Positions 25,480 through 37,562 of a DNA stretch of 64,000 nucleotides are shown in pieces. The translations under genes and the position numbers were made by a program. Origin of the DNA: Sphagnum compactum. Lineage: Eukaryota. Each line of letters begins with the position of its first letter. Within the stretch, counting starts at the first letter, position 1. The notes below the pieces were generated by a model. That model did not search any database. It was given only the letters and a program-made list of their open reading frames with translations, and was not told where the DNA came from. The stretch is taken from assembly GCA_965153455.1 (NCBI GenBank), contig OZ234493.1, forward strand, positions 11,150,213-11,214,212, given 5' to 3'.

Positions 25480-28400
25480 ATAGGCCTAGTTCCCATGGCC
25501 AGCAAAAGGGCAAGTCTTGAAGAGGTTACCAAAAATGTAGTAAGGAAGGTAAAACCTAATATTGACCTTGGTGATGGAGCAAGTGATGAAGTTGACGAGG
25601 ATGAACTAGAAGAAAAACTTAGAAAAGAAAAAAACTATAAATACAAATGGGCATCACGAACATGAATAGCTGCAACAAATCAAGAAGTTAAAGAATTGTT
25701 ACAACTTTCAAACTCTGGATCAATTGGACCGTCAAAAGGTAGTGGTGTTGGGTGTAACACTACATACACTCCTAAGGGGGAGACATGTTCAATAACAATG
25801 CTGGCTAAAAATGCACTTTTGCACCTAGTTCATGACTTATTTGGTATGAGTGGGCAGTTCAACAAAAGGTAATAGAAAAGATGTTTGGACATGACTTAAT
25901 GAAGCCAATGTTACCCAATTTTTTGTCCAACCTTGTTGAAACAAAACAAAATAATCTTATTATTGAGGCCATCAAATCTGGAATTTTCACACACATAACA
26001 AGCAACCACACTATTAGACACAATGTGGCAAGGGAGTTTTTGGGCACCTTGGTCACCATTACCTTGGTCTCTAGTAAGAACGCAAGTGGCAAAATGGCGG
26101 CAAAAAATTTTGGGCCTTCAAGGAAATGTGTCTATTGAAGTCTACAACAATGTTTTCAAATTGAAGATGGTGCATTGGCCTTTTGGACTGACATAAAAAA
26201 ATAGTAAAAGTCAATTGCACTTTCAACATAAACAAAAGATTTTATTATATAATGGTGGAAGGTGAAAGCATGGTAAAATGTATACTAGTTAAAAGTACTT
26301 GCCAATCTACTTGTCAACTAAACAAAAAAATAAGACCAAAACCCATCACAAAATTGTTATACATTCAATCTTTTTAGTTGAATTATAAACAAAAATATAT
26401 TTTTCATTATTATGCATTAACTTTTAAATTTTTCATTATAAAAGTAGGTTTCAAGTAGACTTTTCTAAATGCAAATAGCTTTTAAAACCCACTTTCTGCA
26501 ATGTAAGATTTGATTCAAGTATGTGTCAAGTATATTTTACCAAAAGAAAATAGATTTGTTTTTTGGTGACGCCCTTGAATATACAATGATCTTTATGCTA
26601 TAACTTCACACACATGTATATTTCATTAAATTTTCTAATGAAAAAGTAGGTTTGAAGACCATTTTGACTAGTCAATTTCAAACCTATTTATTTCCTACTT
26701 TTATTATTCCAAATTTTTTGAAAATTTGTAGTTGATTTACAATAAACCCAATTGAGGGCTCAATAGTTTCAAAATGAAATTTAAGTAAAATTTGAATCTA
26801 CTTTCTTGTATTTTCATGAAAAATTGCCTTTTTTTAAGCTTGAGATTTTTTTAGCAACTTTTTATGTACATTTTAGCATATTTTCACCCTAGACTATGGA
26901 AACAACTGTTTTTTTGAGCGAAAGAAAGTATGCAAAACGATACTTGGCAAAAAGCAAATTATAGAGCATCCCACTCATTTCTTGCAGGTGTTCCAAGTAC
27001 GAAAACTTTCAAAGCTTTAGTATGCTCTTGTAGCCATTTGTAAATGTTGCCGAGACTTTAAGATTGTACACAACAAAAACAAATTTGCTCAATTTGTTTT
27101 GTTTCATGACTTTTACTTTGCTTTGTTTTTATTTTTCATTGCTTTGCTTTAGTTTATTTTTCATGTGTTTCATTGTGTTCTCAAGCTTGTTAAGTAATTA
27201 TTCATATTCACATATGACTTTGATTGAATAAAGTATGTGTAATGTAGTTATACTCTTCACTAACTTCAAGGAGAAAGACCATAATGTCTCCATTGAACTC
27301 ACAAGTTTCACCCATTTGAAACCATGGTTTGTGAAGCACATGAAAGAGTGGAACACGTGTTGTTGCCGCTACCACACTAAACTAGTGGAACTAAAAATTG
27401 GCCTATACAACATGCACTCCAAGACTAGTGGTATTCATGCTAATTGCGCACGTAGATGTGTGGATGTTTATTGCCCTATAAATGCTTAAGATGTGGGTGA
27501 CTGTTGTGCCAGTCAAATTACATTTGCAAGGTTGGTTGACTTGTCTAGTTCTATTCTTTGTCCCAAACCAGTTGGTGATGAGTGTATAAGCAAGAGTGCT
27601 TAATGGGTGATTATTCATCATGTGGAATCAACACAATAAAGGTCTACCCCATTGAAGAGATTCTTTGTGTTTCAATAATGGTGTAATGGTGACGATACAC
27701 AAAGGTAATTGTTGGCTAGAAAGACAATGGTGATGACCGAAAAGTGATGCAACTATAGTACATGGATACTCCAACCTCCAAGCTCTTGGATTATCTCCAT
27801 CCAAGATTGAAGGAATTTGTCACCCATAACTTTGTGGCAAAATGGTAGGACAAGGTGCAACACTCCTCACCCATACATACATTTTATCCTTGTTTATACT
27901 TCAATTGGAATATATGTGCATCTAGTTAGGGCAATAATTCAATTTTTGCACTAATACTCATTATTAGCAATAATATGATTGTTCAATATTGAACAATCAT
28001 TTGGTAATCCTTTATTAGCACGGTACTTAAGTCTAGTTCTTGAATACGGTGGACAATCCTTATAGAGTCCTTGAATAGGATAGTCCAAGGAGGTAGATAG
28101 TTTTGGAATGGTGCAACTTGAAGTTAAAAGTGGACAATCCTTAAATAGTTCCTAAATATGATAGTATTTAAAAATGGATAGTCATTGAATAGTGCAATCT
28201 TTAGAAGTGGATAATCTTTGAATAGGGCAATCCTTATAAGTGGACACTCTTTAGATGATCCTTTAATTATGTTTTCACACTGACAAGTTGTTGGTTTTTT
28301 TAATAGGAATTCAAATAGTTTTTGAACAATATTCCTGATGACACCATTCTCTCATGAATAGATTTTTAAAAGAATTATGCATTCAAAACTTAGAACGAGG

Positions 28401-28900
28401 TCTAGGACATGCACTAATATAATTTCTAGATTACCATTTTGGTGCATATCACCTACATAGTTAACCTCAAGTTCAACCCAACCAATCCTCAAAGTTCTTG
28501 AATTATAAAGGAAATTCATTACTACATTAGTGATGACAAGACTCATGACAACCTTTTTGTGCAACATGCTTTAACCTTGCACTAGGGCAACTTGCAAACT
28601 AAGGGATGTTGGCCAAAACATCATGTGATTTGGAGTGATGGGTGCACTGCTTAGTTTAAGTTTGCTCAAACATGGTATTTTGTTGCGTAGTTTCCACAAC
28701 CAACTATTTGTTAGGAGAGGCTAGAGGGGATAAACATGTACTGGAACTACTTTGCAAGTGGTCATGGCAAGGGCAAAATTGATGGTGTTGGTGCCCTTTT
28801 TGAAGCGCAAGATTCATAAGAAGCAAATTAAGCCACATGCATGTAAGCTACAAAATGCAAAAGATGTTGTCACCTTTTGTCAAAAAAAAACAAGTATATG
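25480..28900 (+). mobile_element. Degenerate spliced DDD transposase gene (Sola2-like motifs)
   Basis: LKPWFVKHMKEWNTCCCRYH (Cys cluster), FVTHNFVAKW*DK, intron 27855-28306 (GT..AG), IDF*KNY (28358), ISDDKTHD, WSDGCTA*FK (28631), WNYFASGHGKGKIDGVGA (28742). Many stops. Left boundary approximate. Confidence 0.7.
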
Positions 28901-29129
28901 TCCAAAACCCATTGTCAATTCTTTGCATCCACTCTTGATTAGTATTTTTTTTGAATCAAAATTGCCATTGTTGTCACTTTAGTGGGTGAAATCAGGGGCC
29001 TTTGGTCCTCCTTGGTTAGAAGCAACAAATTTTTTTAAAAATAAAATAATGACATTCATTTTTCAATCATCCAAGTTGTTCATACAATCCTTGGGGTCTA
29101 ATCCTTGGTACAATCCTTTTATATGAAGT

Positions 29130-29585
29130 CATTTTTCAAGTGGGCAATTATTTGTACAATCCTTAGATAGTCCTTTGCATCAAGGAACAATTGGTCCCTT
29201 TTTTTTCATAGTGTAAACCACATGGACATGTGCTTGCTAGTCCTTTTTCAAGTGGCAAATTCTTTGTATAGTCCTTAGATAGTCCTTTGCATCAAACAAC
29301 AATTGGTCCTTTTTTTTAATAGTGAAAACCAAATGGAAATGTGCTTGCTAGTCCTTTTTCAAGTGGGCAATTTTTTGTACAGTTCTTAGATAGTCCTTTG
29401 CATCAAGCTAGGATTGATCTTTTTTTTTAAATTATGAAAACCACATGGAAAATGTGCTTGCTAATCTTTTTTCAAGTGGGTAATTCTTTGTACAATCCTT
29501 AGATAGTCCTTTACATCAAGCAATAGTTGGTCCTTTTCAAAAGTAATGAAAACCACATGGAAATGTGCTTGCTAGTCCTTTTTTA
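29130..29585. repeat. Tandem repeat, 4 units of about 112 bp
   Basis: 'caagtgg' marker at 29137, 29249, 29360 and 29473. Confidence 0.92.
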
Positions 29586-29613
29586 ATCATTCAAGTTCTT
29601 CATACAGTCCTTG

Positions 29614-32106
29614 CACTAGTAGAAAATTGGCCTAAATGTAACCACTTTATTTGTGACTATATGCAACTATTAATTATTTGCAACTACATTTGGACATTTT
29701 TGCAATTATTTATTGTGTTGGTCATATTTGCAACTATAGTGCAATTAGTTTGCAACTATTTTGGTGTTCATCCTTCGATGTGAACAACATTAAGTTTAAT
29801 TTTTATGTCCCATTAGTTGCAAATGTGATCAATTTAATTGCAACCCTATGAGTATACAAAGGTGTATTTTATGAATTCTAAGGAATATAGTTGGGTGTAT
29901 TAGGATTTATAAATGTATATTTTTAATTTATATGAACAACCATATTATATGTGTATTCAAGTATTATTATTAGCATAAATGGCCTTGATATTATGGTTAC
30001 ACTAAATAATGTATATTTTGAATATATTAAACTTTTACGTAAGATATTTTGCTAAATATATTGTGCCCATATTACAAGTTTATTCAAACCATTTTATTAT
30101 ACTTCTTAAAATTATTACAAATGGCATTTATTATTTATTATTAATATTATATTATATATTAATATTACTTAAATGTGATAAAAAAACTAAATTTCAATAT
30201 TATTTCTGACTAAAATTTTAAATAATAATATATTATTACATAATGGTCATAATGATGATGATGATATTAGAATGATAGGAAAAATAACCATAGAATTAAT
30301 GGGGTAATTATTTAAAACTTTATATATTATTAAATTATTTTCAAATGATTAATATACTTATTAAGAATTATTTTTTATTTATGAAAAAATTAATATTTAA
30401 TTATCATAAATCATAAGGACTTTAACAAGTGACATAATAATATATAATATTAATAAAATAGCTAACCTAGGCTAGCTACAAATGACATTATTATTATTAT
30501 TATAAGTAATCAATTACGAAGTATTATTAGATTAATATAATAATTACTAAGAAACATTAATATATAGTTTTAATTTTTTTCTTTTCAAATGTATAATTGA
30601 TATTAATTAATTATTAATAATTAAATGATTCTTATCAATTACTGATATATAAATTTTATTTTTAGTTTCATTATTTTATAATAATTATTGTATTAGTTAG
30701 AATGGGAATCTAATAAATTATTATTCAAATGTAGAAATTATTTTTGAAGGAAAATATACTTATTAAAAATATATAATATTTATTGTAATAGTTCATAATA
30801 GTTTTAATGAGTGAAGTAATAATATGAATAATAAAAATCAAATAGTTAACCTTGGCTACCAACTACTACAATAATAATTGAATTAATGTTATTGTTACTA
30901 TTAAATATTTACATTTATATTTACTATTAACTATATAAATGAAAATAATAATGGGAATAATTATAATAAAATAGTTAGCCTAGGCTAGGTTTTAATTATA
31001 TTACTAAATATTACTAAATATTTATTATTAAATATGAAATATTTCAGGTCTTTTATTAATTTATTTTGTTACGCAATAATAATTTAATTAGTTAATTATT
31101 TCAATATTAGCGAATTACTAGTTAATTAAATTGGTTGATAGATTATTATAGTGGATATATATTTAAAATTGAATATTATTATTTTTATCTAACGAATAAA
31201 TTAAGTAATTTTTAATAATAGCTAATAATATAATTAATTCATTGATTCATAAGATATTGATGATTATTACTATAAATAATTGGATAGTTTATTAAATGAA
31301 TTAGCTAGTTTTTAATTTAGTTTTTAAATAAATATTTAGTAAGTTTATTTTAAAATTTTCTATATTATGTTCATTAAATAATTAGTAATTTTATTAGTTA
31401 ATTAATTAGTTAATTAATTAGCTAGTTAGTTGTCACTAACCTACTTAATTATATATTTTTCAAGATGAGAATAAAAGCTAAAACATATGGGATAATTTTT
31501 TTTAATTGCAAGTAGTTTGCAACTAAAATTGTTTAATCACAAATGACTTGCAACTAAAATTTTTATCCCATATGTTTTGGCTTTCTTTCTCATCTTGAAA
31601 AGTATATAAACAAGGTGTTTTGTCTTACATTTTCATATTTAAAAAGATGGATATATGGGATGAGTCAATAAAAAAGACTTAACCCAAAATAAAATAAAAA
31701 TATTCATGTACTTATGATTTTGGAGTGACCCATGCCTTAGGAATTGGATATGATGTACACAAAAAAATTGTCTAGTTACATTTTTTTTACTTCTCCGCTG
31801 TTATGGCACTTTCCATTTGAATTTCTTGATTTTGGCAAAGTTAGGGGAAATTGGTGTTTTGGGGGGCTGAATTAGGGCAGATTTGGGGGCAAAAAGCGAG
31901 TGAATTGGGGGACTCTTCAGAAGTAATGTTGGGGGCAAATTTGGGGCTATTTGGGTGAGTTTTATGGCAGACTTATAGTGTTTGAGGGCTGGTTTCAAGG
32001 TGGCAAGGTGACATTTTAAACTTACCATACAAGTGCATGAGATGGGAAAATTTGCAACCAATCGAACGAAAAGAAAATCGTATTGATCCATTAATAATTA
32101 GTAGTG
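29614..32106. mobile_element. CACTA element related to 16854-20522, opposite orientation; right boundary uncertain
   Basis: CACTAGTAGAAAATTGGCCTAAATGTAACCAC at 29614 resembles the reverse complement of the 20522 end, with gcaacta subterminal repeats and an AT-rich interior. A candidate end ..TAGTAGTG at 32106 has an imperfect TSD (TTG/TAG) and a different TIR. Confidence 0.65.
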
Positions 32107-32628
32107 TAGTTTAGAGTTTGAAAGTAGGTTACCTGGAATCTATCCTAACCTACCTTAAAACTGGGAATTAGAATACTTTGAAAATAACAAGAACCAGAAT
32201 CAAAAGCACCTTTGAAAAACAAATACCGAAACCAAAATCGAGTCAAAATCAATTTCTTAAAAAAATTAAAAATCAAAATTGAAGGTTCCTTCTAGAGCCT
32301 AGGAATCACACTTAAGCTCTTATCAAATTAAGCTCATATCAAACTTAATATTTTTGTGGGGCAAATTTTCACACTGTGGCAACAAAAATAAAATAAAATA
32401 AAAGTTCTAGTACGAATTGTAAAAAAGGTTTTTCTTTTGGAAAAAAATGCAAAAGTCCAAAGGCTACTAGTTGAGCTTGTTTGCTTGGCCATATGGTAGG
32501 CTAGTGCGGTGCTCCTACGAAAGAAACAACACATGCATTATATACCAGCATGCAGCCTTCATATGTGATCTTCCCTTTTCTGGCGTTGGAAATGAAATGT
32601 TTAACATGTGATTACCATCGTACCTTGC

Positions 32629-32787
32629 CCATTTCAACACATGTTCGTTGAATGATTAATTAATTTTTAAAAATTCATATCCATTTCAACACATGTTCGT
32701 TGAATGATTAATTAATTTTTAAAAATTCATTTCCATTTCAACACATGTTTGTTGAATGATTAATTAATTTTTTAAAATTCATTTCAA
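32629..32787. repeat. Tandem repeat, 3 x about 52 bp
   Basis: ccatttcaacacatgttcgttgaatgattaattaatttttaaaaattcat at 32629, 32681 and 32733. Confidence 0.92.
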
Positions 32788-33418
32788 CAAATGAAATAGT
32801 CCTAAATATTCAATATTTTTCCTTCAAAATATTTCTTGATTTGAAAGGAATAACTTTTGAAATTTTCAACATTCTTAAAAATATATAAAATTAGTGTTGA
32901 ATTGGCCAAGGTACTAGGGTATATGGTAGTGTGGGGCCACAGTGACCAGCACACCACCACTGGATGCCCCTTGTAACTCAGTTGTGAGTTAATATGTGGT
33001 TTCACGTTGGTAACCATTTATTTACGAAATAGGTCTCATATATAGGTAGACAGGTAGGAAAATAGGTAACTACCAGATAATTAGATGGTTTATACATAGG
33101 TCAGAAAATGGTTTCTTTGTCAAAAACAACCGAAAATTCGCTCCCGAAAAAAACACTGCTACCTATTCAAGTGGATGCAACCCGGGCCCAGGACAGGACG
33201 CCCACGGAAGTTGTCAATGCTGGAACTGGGAGCTTCCGAGCAGAGGCTCCTTATTGCAGGCAATATAAAAAAAGCACTGCATGCTTCTTTTTTTCCTTGT
33301 CTGCCATTTGGCTTGATCCATCTTCTTCTGGAGAACAAGGGAGAGTGAAGATTCACTGACACCTTTCATTCCTGGATCTCATAAGAAATCACAGTGCGAG
33401 AAACATTCTGTGCATGCT

Positions 33419-35525
33419 ATGGAGAACATTGTTGTGAGGTGGGCTCAGCTGATGATACAGCCGGCTCAATTGAAGATAGTTGCTGCCACAATAGCTGTTT
33501 TGATTTTTTTTCATCGTCTTTTCAAGCATTTTTTCCACCAGCACACAAAGTTGAAGAGACCACCGGGTCCATTCCCCTGGCCAGTGGTTGGAAACCTTCT
33601 GATGCTTGGCAAGCTTCCCCACCATGCTTTCTACAGCTTGTCGAAGAAGTATGGGGACATCATGGAGCTGAAGTTGGGATCTGTTCGCACAATTGTCGTC
33701 TCCTCACCAGAGATGGCAAAACAAGTGCTCAAGGTTCATGACTTGATATGTGCATCACGTCCTGAAACAATTGCAAGTAAGATCATATTTGAACAACGTG
33801 ATATTGGATGGGCACCTTATGGGGATCATTGGCGACACATGCGAAAGCTTAGCACGTTGGAGCTTTTGACTCTCAAAAGGCTCGAAGACTCTAGGAACAT
33901 CCGAGATGAGGAGTTTTCATGGTTGGTGCATGGGATCTTTGAACATTGTAAGGTAAATGTATTGTTTCACAAATTCAATTTTTGTTTTTTTTTTTCACTA
34001 CATTTCAAGTGTTGCATGAATATGATACCAAAGCTAGAGAGAGGATCCAAATTGATCAACATTATAATTGAAATAGTTGGATGCATCACCTTAAGTCTTA
34101 GTTTCAATCCTTCTTTTGGAACTAATATCTTCAAGTTTGGGCTTGACACTAGACTGATTGAATTCAAATGCATTCATGGAGTTTCAAAAATCTTATTAGG
34201 AGTTTGAACAATTTGCAGGAAGGAAACCCAGTGAACATGCGAACAAGCTTGTCTAGTACCTCCATGAATGTGATCTCACGCTTACTCTTCAAGAAAAGAT
34301 ATTTCAACACAATGCATAGTGATGAGGAATCTGAGGAGTTCAAGGATATTGTTATGAAGATCTTGAATATAAGTGGTGTCTTCAACATTAGTGATTATGT
34401 CCCATTCCTAAAGCCATTTGATCTCCAAGGTATTCAACTTGAATGCAACCAATTACTTTCGAGGGTACATCGATTTTTCAACAAAATTATACAAGAACAT
34501 CTAAACGAAAAAATGAAGGCAAATGAATCGAAAGACTTTGTAGATGTCATGCTCTCTCATCCTGGTGTAGATGGTGTTAAAGACAGGCTCGATGAGCTCA
34601 CAATCAAGGGAGTTGCCATGGTAAGTTGTTTTATGTTCTTATAACTCATCTATAGATTTCCCAAATTATTGGTTTTGAATTTGGTTAATGGTTGTGTTCA
34701 ATGATTTCAACAATTTGATTTGTGAGCTTCATTAATGAACACATCACTATGATCTTTGCATGATTTGTTTGCAGTAGGACTAGGTAATATTGCATGCATA
34801 ACAAGTTCTTTTTGCTTGAATTCAACAACCCACTAATGATGTTCATTGGCTAATTGTGCCACAATTGTGTGTAGGACATGTTTGTTGCAGGGACTGACAC
34901 AATTGCCACCACAGTGGAATGGGCCCTTGTGGAGCTCATAAGGCATCCAAATGTATTAAAAAAAGTTCAAGATGAATTGGATGATGTGGTTGGCCAAGAA
35001 CGGGTTGTAGATGAAAATGACATTCCTCAATTGAAATACCTACAAGCTGTATTGAAAGAAACATTTCGACTTCATCCTCCAGCTCCCCTAATGGTGCCAC
35101 ATGAAAGCAGAAAAGCTTTTGAAATAGGAGGTTACCACATACCTGCCAAAAGTCCCATTTATGTGAATGTATGGGCCGTTCATCGACATCCATCTGCTTA
35201 TGAAAATCCATTTGATTTCAATCCTGAAAGATTTGTTGAAAATTTGATTGATGTAAAAGGGATAGATTTCCAATTGTTACCATTTGGCTCTGGACGACGT
35301 ATGTGTCCAGGTTTGAATTATGGTCTCTTGATGGTGCAAATTCAATTGGCCAAGCTTCTTCATAGCTTCATGTGGACATTGCCAAAAGGACAGAATCCTC
35401 AAGATATTGATATGGGTGAGATATTTGGTGTCTCAATTCCCAAAAAAATTCCATTGCAAGTTGTGGCTAGTGTTAGGCTTCCCCTACACTTGTATGCATC
35501 TAAAAAACTTGATGCATTTATTTAA
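33419..35525 (+). CDS. Cytochrome P450, CYP71 clan (A-type), 528 aa
   Basis: Exons 33419-33952, 34219-34620 and 34875-35525 (GT-AG, phase 0, 1587 nt). N-terminal TM anchor, PPGPFPWPVVGNL, WxxxR (WRHMR), AGTDT I-helix, ETFR, PERF, PFGSGRRMCPG heme motif. Confidence 0.96.
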
Positions 35526-36217
35526 ATTTACAGTTGTTGGGCCACAAGATTAGTTTTACTACACTGCAATTGAACTCACCCTAAGAGTAAGGTTAGCCAT
35601 TTCCTTCTAATTAGAATTCAAACTCCATAACTGCTGAGTTGTTGATGATACCATTTGTAGCATGACCTGATATACAATATTTTCTATTTTTTTTGCATTT
35701 TTTGTTAGAATTACTTTGGGATACCTTTTTATTTAGATAAGTAGCGAGACGCATAGATTTATCAAACATGGTATGAAGTCCATGCAAACTGTGTGAGCAA
35801 TAGATGTTGGAGTATGGGTGGAATATTTTGAAAGCTGATGTAGGCAAACATGACATTCCATTCCATGCAACACATTTAAATGATCACTTTCAGAACCAAT
35901 TATTTTTATTATCTTTATTTTCATATGTGATGGCAATGGCAAACAATGATTGCATGGGAATTGGGGGGCGGGGGGGGTGTTGCAACACACATGCCCATGA
36001 TTTCATAGTCATCACACATGCCTTCCCAACACATATTTCAAATAGCTCTATTTTTTGCATTTTAGTACAACAATTAAGGCCAATTTTAAAATCTGCATTA
36101 TTAGATATTTCCAACCTTTCCTTTGGCCCAAATAAATCATTCATTTGATAAAGGCTTTCAAATGGGTCTCCGTTCATATCCTCAATAGCCCGTACAATCT
36201 GCCACCTAAAAAATGGA

Positions 36218-36496
36218 GTCATGATGCCAAAAAGTACTTCAAGAAAAATGACCCGGGAGAGGCTTTGTTGATGGAAATATTCCCCAAGCTTGAAATGATT
36301 GTATCTATTCAGGTGCAAACCCCTCATGATTAGCATTGACACCATCATGTTGGGACTAGAATCATAACTCAAAACTCCCTATTTGAAATTGACCACAAAC
36401 TGATTACCATTGCATGTTAGAAAGACCATGTGGTCATGACGTCATGACATGAAAAACATGCACATCTAACATTTGCGTGTAAGCTACTATAAGCAT
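36218..36496 (-). pseudogene. Detached copy of one ICME exon plus flanking intron
   Basis: Aligns with 38599-38868. The exon copy ([16 protein letters not shown]..) has a 1-nt insertion relative to the 66-nt exon at 38619-38684. Confidence 0.88.
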
Positions 36497-37562
36497 AAAA
36501 GTATTCAAATACTTTCACACCCAATTTCAAGACATAAAAACTCCAAGTAGTTTGAAATTGAGTGTGAAGGCATTTGAATACTCTTATAATACAAATTTCA
36601 ACAAACATGCCCAAATTGCGAAGGTCCAAACCCCATGCTTAGAATCAAAAAAACTGTTCTCTAATGGGCTTCAACTTCATTGGCTCCAAGACCAAAAGAG
36701 AATCTAGCCCAGGCTAATGGAATATTCCTTGAGGCACACTAGTATATGTTATGGACACATATTTTGGTGCACTATTTTAAGAAAATATTCTCTGTACATG
36801 TTGAAAGATGATTCACCATACAACATTAATCAACTTTGCATCCTTGAATTTGTATATTAGTGGGAAAGGTTGCTTCACATTGACATCTAGCATGTTTCAT
36901 TTGAATGGAGATTGTCAATTTGATGTTTGGGAGGATGTAATTGTCACAATGTTTGATTCAAAACTTTATGCAAATATTCAAAACATGTGCTTGTTCCTCT
37001 ATTGCACATAATGACCATCGCCTAATCAAACATGCTAAATTCAAGAAGAATCATTGATTACATGATGAAGGTCATTGTCTGCATGAGCATATGCATTACT
37101 ATGTTTGAATATAGTGACACAGCAGGTGGGGATTTCATTGAGTTCTTTTCAAAGCATGAGGAGATGACTGGAAGGAAATCAATCATCAAAACCAAACCTC
37201 AGTTGACATTTTAATAAAGATGGAATCTGCCATTGGTAATATGCAGGTGAATTGTTTCTCCTCAATAACATGGGTCACTCCTTCACCTCTTTCAGGTTTA
37301 CAGCAGCAACACCTACAACAGACCCAAGATGCAATAGTGAGTAAACTTCTACATACCAAAAACATGCCCTGTCACTTTACTACAATCACATAGTAATGGA
37401 GGTTTGTCAGTCGTTGCATAATGCACAAGGATCATGTATAACATGTAACTCCCTTACAATTTAGTCATAATTTTTACATGGCAGGCACACCCTGCCAATC
37501 CTTGTGCACAAATATTTAACTCACTGAGAAATGCCCACCTTGTGAATGTTGGAATCTGCTGT

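Noticed and set aside
35890-36372. 160-aa ORF as a second ICME gene
   Set aside because: Only about 20 codons match ICME, from the duplicated exon; the rest is intron copy and unrelated DNA.
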